A stretch of 32,000 nucleotides of DNA from an archaeon (lineage in GTDB: Archaea; Asgardarchaeota; Thorarchaeia; Thorarchaeales; Thorarchaeaceae), in assembly GCA_024275415.1 (NCBI GenBank), contig JAJRZD010000042.1:1-32000 (forward strand), given 5' to 3'. How positions within the stretch are numbered: position 1 is the stretch's first letter; the number at the start of each line of letters is the position of its first letter. Under the pieces are notes generated by a model that saw only the letters and a program-made list of their open reading frames with translations, was not told the DNA's origin and ran no database searches. A program made the position numbers and the translations under genes. Positions 16,848-24,039 of the stretch are shown here, piece by piece.

Positions 16848-18416
16848 TTGAGAGAAGATTCGATTCGACCGTCTTGCCAAGAGTGTGAGTCAAATCGTGC
16901 AACCCACTACTGTGAAGATTGTGGTGCTGTCTTATGTATGGGCTGCCTTGAGAGCAAGGAAACAGAATACCTGCTTTGCAGAGAGTGTCACACGAACCTC
17001 GGCGACATGACAAAGGAAAGCAAGATCAAGTCCTGTCCGGAGTGTGAATCAGAGGAAGTAGGAAAGGGAAGAAAGGTCGAAGAGATATGCCCTCAATGTC
17101 ACTCGTTGCGAATCCAAAATATCGAAGAGAAACGAAGATCAATAGCCCAACAACTGCGTGCTGCAATCAAACAGCTCCATTATGGGCATACAAAGATACG
17201 CGAGTTCAACAACGCTCTGACTGCGGCTAAGAGACTGCTCTATTCACTCAGGATGGCCAATTTTCTCCACTACAAATGGCTTGAGGACAACATTGAGAGC
17301 TTGCAGGAAGAAACGGTGGCATTGAAGAACCGAGTTATGAACCAAGCAGAGATTGTTGCCAAACGGATCGCAGCAGAAACCAAAGGTCTCATCGACTACA
17401 CCAGATGGACCACTGAGCAGTTCCCGTTCATTGAGGGTGTCACAAACAGAGTGATGCAGATTGGTGAACGGTACAAGAGGAATGTGGATGATGCCTTGCA
17501 GACGGCTAGAGCTGCTCTTGAAGATATCACAAAGCAGTTAGAAGGTCTCGATTATTACAGAAAACGATTTGCTGGGTTCTACGAGGTCACGGAATTAGCA
17601 GTGAACGAGCTACCGGTTTGTGCCCTTCCGGATATACGGATTGCAGGAAGCGATTTCCTCCGGAATGTCAAAGCGAATGGGATACTTTACATCACCAATA
17701 GAAGAATCGTATTCATTGCAGAGATTGGTCTGATGCGCAAGAAGATGGAAGTTATCTTCGACTTCCCACTCATGTATTTGACATCTATCGAAGAGGATGG
17801 TAGATTCCGAAAGAGGTTGATACTCCGGATGAAACAGGGAGATATCAAGATAGCATGCAACGAGCAGACCCAGAAGGTACTGCCTGACTATGTGGAGATT
17901 GGAAGAAGGTTTGAGCGGTATCAGCAAACAGATCTCCAACGTGTGAGGAAAATCGAACAGACTGACACGAATATGAGCGATGTGCGAATAAAAATCGAAA
18001 CACTTGTACACTCACTATTGTCGAGTGATAGACATAGAATAGAAACAACACACACTCCAAGAGAGAGCATCCCCTATGAGAGCTACCAAAAATATGATGG
18101 GGCATATCCTCAGAGCGTGCGTCAACCATACGAGTATCCTTCAAGGCAATATGACCATCCTAGTATGAATATAAGAAGAATTGATTATCCAAGGGGTGTG
18201 AATGCCTACCAAAGAGGAGATCTACACGCCCTGCAGCAAGATGCAATGGAGCTAGAAAAAGCCATCACTGAAACAAAGGAGATGTTCAGGGCAGGGAGAA
18301 TAGTGCCGGAGGACTTCATCCGTAGATACAGAGTACTGATGAGAGATGCCTATGTAACTCAGCAGGAGATAAGGAAATTGCAACGAGGAAGCCGAGAGCC
18401 AGACTGGATGTACTAA
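16848..18416 (+). CDS. Multidomain ESCRT-I-like adaptor: B-box-like Zn finger + Zn ribbon - coiled coil - PH/GRAM/GLUE-like - Pro/Tyr linker - steadiness box (Vps23/37-like)
   Basis: TTG start after GGAGG; six CxxC pairs in residues 10-84; GILYITNRRIVF...FPLMYLTSIEE PH-like core; C-terminal ELEKAITETKEMFRAGRIVPEDFIRRYRVLMRDAY resembles the TSG101/Vps23 steadiness box. Adjacent to ESCRT-III. Confidence 0.75.
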   Translation: MREDSIRPSCQECESNRATHYCEDCGAVLCMGCLESKETEYLLCRECHTNLGDMTKESKIKSCPECESEEVGKGRKVEEICPQCHSLRIQNIEEKRRSIAQQLRAAIKQLHYGHTKIREFNNALTAAKRLLYSLRMANFLHYKWLEDNIESLQEETVALKNRVMNQAEIVAKRIAAETKGLIDYTRWTTEQFPFIEGVTNRVMQIGERYKRNVDDALQTARAALEDITKQLEGLDYYRKRFAGFYEVTELAVNELPVCALPDIRIAGSDFLRNVKANGILYITNRRIVFIAEIGLMRKKMEVIFDFPLMYLTSIEEDGRFRKRLILRMKQGDIKIACNEQTQKVLPDYVEIGRRFERYQQTDLQRVRKIEQTDTNMSDVRIKIETLVHSLLSSDRHRIETTHTPRESIPYESYQKYDGAYPQSVRQPYEYPSRQYDHPSMNIRRIDYPRGVNAYQRGDLHALQQDAMELEKAITETKEMFRAGRIVPEDFIRRYRVLMRDAYVTQQEIRKLQRGSREPDWMY

Positions 18417-19039
18417 ACATCCAGTTCTCGTTCTAGAGCCTTGATGGCTTCCTCAAGCTTCTCAGTTTCATTCAACGGTTTTGCAGTCACGGAAACCTCA
18501 GCTGCGACTCCTGCCTCCGCATCAATCTCAGCCATGGCTGCTGCCAAATCTTCTGAGGTGATTTGGGCGTCCCCGGTCGAATCGAATGCCTCTGCGGTTA
18601 TCCCGCTCTCAATCTCGAATTCTTCCAGACGACGAGCAATCTCATCGACATTCTCAACGACTTTTGTGACATCTGTAGCATCGCCCAATAGGCCAAGTAT
18701 CTTCGCAACTTGATTGAGTGCTTGTGACGCCTTTGCGGTCGTTTGTGCTCGGGTCACATGAGCGAGAATCTTTAGGATTTGCAACCGGGATTTGTCTACA
18801 CCCAAGGCGAATCTTCTGAATCGAACCATCTCACTGGCGTATGTCCTATACGCCTCCAAATTGCCGGTCTTCCTAGCTCGAATTGCTCTGTTCTTTGTGT
18901 CGCGCTCTTCCTTCTCCAACTTGTTTCGTTGTCGCTCAAGCTGTTTGGCCAGTATGCGAAGCTGCGATGTCACCTCATTGATATCAGGTTTTTTTCGGCC
19001 CCATGAGAATGCCTTTCTAAATGCACCCAAAATTCTCAC
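18413..19039 (-). CDS. ESCRT-III subunit, Vps2/24/46 class
   Basis: Amphipathic N-terminus (MRILGAFRKAFSWGRKK), basic hairpin, ARKTGNLEAYRTYASEMVRFRR (compare CHMP2 A-x-KGQ-x-DA-x-K-x2-AKDLVR-x-RR), acidic C-half, MIM1-like EKLEEAIKALERE. Confidence 0.9.
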   Translation of the reverse strand: MRILGAFRKAFSWGRKKPDINEVTSQLRILAKQLERQRNKLEKEERDTKNRAIRARKTGNLEAYRTYASEMVRFRRFALGVDKSRLQILKILAHVTRAQTTAKASQALNQVAKILGLLGDATDVTKVVENVDEIARRLEEFEIESGITAEAFDSTGDAQITSEDLAAAMAEIDAEAGVAAEVSVTAKPLNETEKLEEAIKALERELDV

Positions 19040-19213
19040 CGTCTAAGAGTGGTTATGTCCTATGCTGACCTGTACACCTGTCCATTTAACATTTCGTAGA
19101 GCAAAAGAAACTGAGTGCTTGTACACGATACTTACCAGTTTAAAATAAGTTGGAAAACACACAAAAGAATACCGAAGTTCATAAGTATTCAACGCAAGGA
19201 CACGTGAACTAAG

Positions 19214-20443
19214 ATGTCATCAGACGGCGCTGACCGAGTCGACCAAGGTTTGAAGAATCTACTAGACAAGGCAATTGACCTTGATAACCGGGGCATGAAA
19301 AAAGAGGCATCCCGCTACTATCTGAAAGCTAGCAAGATTCTGATCAAACTGTCCAACTCGGCATCCCTCCCTTCAGTGCGCAAGCACTACTTGAAACGTG
19401 CTCAAGAGTGTGTTGACCGAGTGCGATTCATCTCGGGTATCAAGAATATCGCAAGTTACTCCGTGGATGGCTTGAGCAGGCCAGTTCCGAAGGCATCGCC
19501 CTCCGCAAGTGTAGGTGACGGAAGGAGGGCCGAGGCTATCACAGAAGAGGACGAGGATGCTAAACGTCTGAAGGACATGATTGCAGATACCATAATTTAC
19601 GAGAAACCAAACGTGAAGATGTCTGAAGTAGCAGGATTAGAGGACGCAAAACAGGCGATTATTGATGCCATAATCGCACCTATGAAACACCCTGAACTCT
19701 TCAAAGGTAAAGCAAGACAGCCATGGAGGGGAATACTCTTCTATGGCCCTGCGGGGTGTGGGAAAACTCTGATTGCAAAAGCGGTTGCGTCAGAGGTGGA
19801 TGCGACATTCTTCAATGTTTCAGCAGCAAATATCGTCAGCAAGTGGCTTGGCGAGTCTGAACGGTTGGTGAAGAATCTGTTCGAGATGGCCCGTATGAAC
19901 CAACCTTCCATCGTGTTCGTCGATGAGTTAGACTCTGTAGGTGGAGCGCGTTCGGGCGATGACGTAGGTGGAGAGCGAAGGCTCAAAACACAACTGCTGA
20001 CTGAGATGCAGGGTCTTGCCAGTGTTTCGGAAGACCGTGTTACAGTAATTGGTGCCACAAACTTGCCGTGGGAAATAGATTTTGCACTGCGCTCCAGATT
20101 TGAGAAAAGAATCTATGTGCCATTACCAAATAGGGAAGCACGCAGAAGAATCTTCGAGATTCATATGGAAGATGTCGATATCGAACCAGATGTAAACTTC
20201 GATGAGTTGTCCGACCTTACGGAAGGCTATAGTGGTAGAGATATCAGCGTAATCTGCAGAGAGGCAGCCATGGAACCAATCAGAGACCTTCAGATCTCTG
20301 GGCGCATGGATGACAATGAGGAGATAATCGAGCTGAGAAAAGTATCGCGAGAGGACTTCCTGAAAGCCATCGAGAATATCAGACCGGCAACCTCTCCTGA
20401 GGATCTGAAGAAGTACACGGACTGGGCGGAGGAGGGTTCCTAG
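19214..20443 (+). CDS. vps4: Vps4 AAA ATPase with N-terminal MIT domain
   Basis: MIT (LLDKAIDLD...EA-x2-YY...YL-x-RA); Walker A GPAGCGKT; pore loop SKWLGESE; Walker B VFVDELD; GATNLPW; C-terminal Vps4 helix. No beta-domain. Confidence 0.95.
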   Translation: MSSDGADRVDQGLKNLLDKAIDLDNRGMKKEASRYYLKASKILIKLSNSASLPSVRKHYLKRAQECVDRVRFISGIKNIASYSVDGLSRPVPKASPSASVGDGRRAEAITEEDEDAKRLKDMIADTIIYEKPNVKMSEVAGLEDAKQAIIDAIIAPMKHPELFKGKARQPWRGILFYGPAGCGKTLIAKAVASEVDATFFNVSAANIVSKWLGESERLVKNLFEMARMNQPSIVFVDELDSVGGARSGDDVGGERRLKTQLLTEMQGLASVSEDRVTVIGATNLPWEIDFALRSRFEKRIYVPLPNREARRRIFEIHMEDVDIEPDVNFDELSDLTEGYSGRDISVICREAAMEPIRDLQISGRMDDNEEIIELRKVSREDFLKAIENIRPATSPEDLKKYTDWAEEGS

Positions 20444-20446
20444 CCT

Positions 20447-21163
20447 GTGGGCATGAAAGAGAAACGCAGGGAGAAGAAGACCAAAACGAAGGGTCAAGTG
20501 CGTCCAATAGAAGTAGAAGAGCCAAAGTCACAAAAAATAGGGGAAACATTGGCAGTGCAGCCATCCGAGGACACTACCAGTGGACATGTAGATGAAATAG
20601 TTGAGATAAAATCACACACTGAAACGGTCGCTAAATCGGAGATTGTTACTGAGCCTGAGATTATCCTTCCTTCATGGGGTGATATCACAGAATCGGAGTG
20701 GATGTATTCGATTCCGCCAAGAAAGGAAGACAGTACGATGTGGGCAGAGGAATGGGGAGATTTCCTTTTGGAGTGGGCACAGTCCAAGTCAGTCCATGTG
20801 ATCTCATTATCAACATTCCTGAAAGAAATCCCATTCAAAGATATGGTACGAAAGGTGGATGCGTTTCGCCTCATCGGGGATTGCCTAGTCAAGAAAGAAG
20901 TGGCTGATTGGCTGGACAGGGGAAGACGACAGCTCCGGATATACTGGAAGCCTCTTGAAGAGTGGGCAGATATCCTATACGAGTGGGCTCTCCAGACTGG
21001 GAACACCTTTCTGGATCTGAAGTCAATCATCATTCAAGAGGCAGATGAGGAGTTTGCCAAGCTTCCTGAGAGGGACATCGGAATCCTGTTGTCTATGCTG
21101 GTAGAGAAGGGGTCGGCGGAGTGGATAGATAAGAAGAAGTTCGCGATAAAGATCCAATTCTAG
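20447..21163 (+). CDS. vps25: ESCRT-II Vps25/EAP20 homologue with charged N-terminal extension
   Basis: WMYSIPP...WAEEWGDFLLEW and IYWKPLEEWADILYEWALQTG match the two Vps25 WH repeats (eukaryotic YSFPP...W and W-x2-PEEW-x3-IY-x-W). GGAGGG RBS at 20431-20436. Confidence 0.88.
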   Translation: MGMKEKRREKKTKTKGQVRPIEVEEPKSQKIGETLAVQPSEDTTSGHVDEIVEIKSHTETVAKSEIVTEPEIILPSWGDITESEWMYSIPPRKEDSTMWAEEWGDFLLEWAQSKSVHVISLSTFLKEIPFKDMVRKVDAFRLIGDCLVKKEVADWLDRGRRQLRIYWKPLEEWADILYEWALQTGNTFLDLKSIIIQEADEEFAKLPERDIGILLSMLVEKGSAEWIDKKKFAIKIQF

Positions 21164-22092
21164 GATGAGTCCAGTATATCACGACGGACTTCTGGGGATG
21201 GTGTGTTCTCTTGAGACGTTCTTGTACGCAGTCCGGGGAAGTAGTAGCGGCCTCCAGTACTGAACCTGATGTCAGCAACAGCCATCCCAACATCTACGAG
21301 GCTGGTCAGAACCTGACGCGCGTGTTCCTCAGACCATTTGAACTGGAGCATGATCTCTTCCACGGATGTGTACCCCTTGATTGCAGCAAGATTGACTACA
21401 TCTGCTTGGTCACGCCTCAGCTCCAGTGGACGAAGCTCGACCACCTTCACACCACCGCGCAATGTCCTAATTCCAGGAATAAGCCCGTGCTCTGATACTC
21501 TATTTACGGCCTCGATGACATCGTTGTAGCTAACGGATCTGAACTGTGGCAAGCGTTTCACGACCTCAACAATGAGTTCTGCAAGGCCCATGATCCCCTT
21601 CGATGCATGGATTGTTGCAACATCTAGCACTGCCAGACCAAGCTGGTCATAATATTCATCCAGCGTCAATCCATTCAGCGACTGTTGGGGTTTCCGGTCG
21701 TATAGGTTCAGAAGGGTGGATGCGTCAGGAAACTGCTCGAAGATATGCGCACCATCAAGGAACGTGGCGACATCTATACCCATTCGTCGTAGCTCGTCTA
21801 TTTGGGTTCTAACCTCGTGTACTAGTGCTTCAGATTCCCGACGGTACGAACCAACATCGACAGCGCCAAGGTCGTATATCTTTTTCAGCTGGTCAAGTGT
21901 CGCGATTGATGCAAATAGTTCTGATTGTATGCTCTCGTACATTTGCCACTGACCTTCTGCTAGATAGACTGCACCAAGGATAGGAAACGCGGATTGACCT
22001 TTAAGGGATAGTATTATGTGGTTTATACGAAGCAGGTTGATGTCCGAATCGTCAGAGATACCATGTTTCAAATCATTCAGAGTTAAGGGCAT
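21160..22092 (-). CDS. Vps28-N-like / Vps22-36 (EAP30) fusion protein
   Basis: C-terminal half DEYYDQLGLAVLDV...KGIMGLAEL...ELRRDQADVVNLA...GYTSVEEI...KWSEEHARQVL...GMAVAD...YYFPGL matches EAP30. Residues 50-128 (YESIQSELFASIATLDQLKKIYDLGAVDVGSY...F...P-x-A) match the Vps28 N-terminus. Confidence 0.85.
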   Translation of the reverse strand: MPLTLNDLKHGISDDSDINLLRINHIILSLKGQSAFPILGAVYLAEGQWQMYESIQSELFASIATLDQLKKIYDLGAVDVGSYRRESEALVHEVRTQIDELRRMGIDVATFLDGAHIFEQFPDASTLLNLYDRKPQQSLNGLTLDEYYDQLGLAVLDVATIHASKGIMGLAELIVEVVKRLPQFRSVSYNDVIEAVNRVSEHGLIPGIRTLRGGVKVVELRPLELRRDQADVVNLAAIKGYTSVEEIMLQFKWSEEHARQVLTSLVDVGMAVADIRFSTGGRYYFPGLRTRTSQENTPSPEVRRDILDSS

Positions 22093-22127
22093 TGAATTAG
22101 TTAGTACACGAATACTCCGAAGTCAAG

Positions 22128-22134
22128 TTTTATA
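22128..22134 (-). promoter_or_regulatory. TATA box (TATAAAA) of the Vps28-Vps22/36 gene
   Basis: About 36 nt upstream of ATG 22092, consistent with a near-leaderless transcript. Confidence 0.55.
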
Positions 22135-22321
22135 TCAGAATGATGCATAATAGGTTCTTGACGAAAATGTCACGAGGTTATTACACATTTCCGAATTGGC
22201 TCCACACCAGTGGACGCTAGTTTGAAATGCCCTCCTCGTGATGTCCGTTCTCACTTTTCTTGGTCCTCGCGGGGAGGAGGAATTCAAGTCGTGTAGTAAC
22301 CTCAAAAGAGGTGAAAAGAAA

Positions 22322-22522
22322 ATGTCAGGTCGTGTATCTTCAAGACGAAGGCGTAAAGCAAGACGAGAAATGATCAAGGATGAGTTGAGATGCTATATCG
22401 ATGCGTTTGATGACCTCATCAGCGGCTCGGAGAGAAAGAGAAACTTCACGAATCGAAAGTATAATCGACCGACAGCAAACCATAGGAACCTCGAAAAAAC
22501 ATGGATTGTTCAGCAGCACTAG
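22322..22522 (+). CDS. Small Arg-rich hypothetical protein (66 aa, MSGRVSSRRRRKARRE...)
   Basis: Ideal RBS GAGGTGA (22308-22314) 7 nt before ATG; fills an otherwise empty gap; T-rich tract at 22558-22570 downstream. Confidence 0.45.
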   Translation: MSGRVSSRRRRKARREMIKDELRCYIDAFDDLISGSERKRNFTNRKYNRPTANHRNLEKTWIVQQH

Positions 22523-22569
22523 TAAAGAGAAGGAGAGTGCCGATAGATGGCACTCCATTTCCTTTATTT

Positions 22570-23928
22570 TTATGGCGTTAGTCTATCACGATCACGAGGC
22601 AGCAAGGTTGCTTCTCGGATATTATCGATATTGAGCAATTGCATGGTGAGCCGTTCTATACCAAGCCCCAGCCCTCCATGAGGAGGAGCACCGTACTTGA
22701 ATGGGTCGAGATAGAAACCGAAATTGTCAGGATTGAATCCCTTGGCCTTGAAACGTTCAACAAGGAGGTCGTAGATGTGAATGCGTTGGCCACCAGTAGT
22801 TATTTCCATCCCCTTATAGGTCAGATCAAAGCTCTCGGTCATCCCTTCATCGGTCATGCTTGGCATTGTATATGCTGGTCGGAGATCAAGAGGGTAATGC
22901 GTGAGAAACACCAAATCGGTTCCGAACTTCTCGGGGAATATCTTCCCTAGCAGTCGCTCACCTTCAGGATCAATGTCATCCGTGCTAGACAGCTCTTTCC
23001 CTTCTGCATTAAGAAGGTCTATAGCTTCTACGTATTTCACACGTTTGAACGGGGTCTTTGGGACTACTAGGTCGATTCCCAGCAGTTCAAGCTCGGCTGC
23101 AACATGCTCCTTCGTCTTCTTGAACGAGTGATGGAGCATCTGCTCTTCCATCTTCATCACATCTTCTACACCACTAATCCATGCCATCTCGAAGTCGAAG
23201 GATGTGTATTCATTGATATGACGACGTGTGTTATGCCGTTCCGCCCGAAATACAGGAGCAATCTCAAATACCCTGCCAAATCCAGCCAAGAGCATCAGCT
23301 GCTTGTAAAACTGGGGACTTTGCGCCAGGTATGCTTTCTTCTCGAAATACTTTATTTCGAAGAGATTCGCACCCCCTTCAGTAGCCTCGGCAACAATCTT
23401 TGGTGTATGGATCTCCACGAAATCATTCTGTTCTAGGAACTCACGAGCGAACCGTATCAGAGCATGTTGAATCCTGAAAATCGCATTCACAGTAGGCTTC
23501 CGAAGATCCAAAATCCGGTTATTCAGTCGGGTGTCAAGGTCGATATCGACTTTTCCTTCGACGACATCAATAGGCAGACGTTCAGATGTGTTGATTATTC
23601 GGATCGTAGTGGGAATCACCTCTGCTCCTGATGCGAGGTGCTTCGTTCCAACTACTTTACCCTCAACGGCAATCGCCATCTCTGGTTTCAAGTGACCAGC
23701 TAATTCAAAGGCATCCGCAGGCACCTTCTTCTGTGGTAGGGTCACTTGGACGGTTCCCTTCTCATCGCGAAGGACTAGGAACTTGATCTTTCCCTTATCT
23801 CGCAGGATATGAACCCATCCAAAAAGGAGAACATTAGAATCAACCAAGGATGCATTAACATCCCTGCTGAAATGCGTTCGCCGTTCGGTTCCAATAGGGG
23901 AAATACCTGCTTTTTCGTAGAAATTCAT
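22570..23928 (-). CDS. aspS: Aspartate--tRNA ligase (archaeal type, probably non-discriminating)
   Basis: OB fold GWVH-x-LRD-x-GKI-x-F; RL-x-NR-x-LDLR; [10 protein letters not shown]; FRAE-x-H-x-T-x-RH (motif 2); GGQRIH; PPHGG-x-GLG-x-ER (motif 3). Start moved to ATG 23928. Confidence 0.97.
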   Translation of the reverse strand: MNFYEKAGISPIGTERRTHFSRDVNASLVDSNVLLFGWVHILRDKGKIKFLVLRDEKGTVQVTLPQKKVPADAFELAGHLKPEMAIAVEGKVVGTKHLASGAEVIPTTIRIINTSERLPIDVVEGKVDIDLDTRLNNRILDLRKPTVNAIFRIQHALIRFAREFLEQNDFVEIHTPKIVAEATEGGANLFEIKYFEKKAYLAQSPQFYKQLMLLAGFGRVFEIAPVFRAERHNTRRHINEYTSFDFEMAWISGVEDVMKMEEQMLHHSFKKTKEHVAAELELLGIDLVVPKTPFKRVKYVEAIDLLNAEGKELSSTDDIDPEGERLLGKIFPEKFGTDLVFLTHYPLDLRPAYTMPSMTDEGMTESFDLTYKGMEITTGGQRIHIYDLLVERFKAKGFNPDNFGFYLDPFKYGAPPHGGLGLGIERLTMQLLNIDNIREATLLPRDRDRLTP

Positions 23929-23936
23929 ATGACACA

Positions 23937-23959
23937 CCATCAGGGCTGAGATTTGATGG
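23937..23959 (-). promoter_or_regulatory. Hairpin CCATCA-N11-TGATGG overlapping the aspS RBS region
   Basis: Read directly; the 3' arm overlaps GGTG upstream of ATG 23928. Confidence 0.3.
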
Positions 23960-23998
23960 CGTTTACATTTCATTATGAGGCTTTTGGAATGTGTGGGA

Positions 23999-24029
23999 GA
24001 GACCCCCAATAAATCTCGACGGGGGTCTC
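23999..24029. terminator. Perfect 9-bp GC-rich stem-loop GAGACCCCC-N13-GGGGGTCTC between the HTH gene and aspS
   Basis: Read directly; 10 nt after the HTH stop on the minus strand; no clear U-tract, so function uncertain. Confidence 0.4.
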
Positions 24030-24039
24030 GAATGCCCGA

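Noticed and set aside
16848-17103. N-terminal Cys region as a RING E3 ligase or FYVE domain
   Set aside because: Spacing fits B-box/Zn-ribbon better; the RING C-x-H and FYVE R(R/K)HHCR motifs are absent.
19214-20443. AAA ATPase as Cdc48, PAN or katanin
   Set aside because: Single AAA domain with MIT, SKWLGESE pore loop and ESCRT neighbours identifies Vps4.
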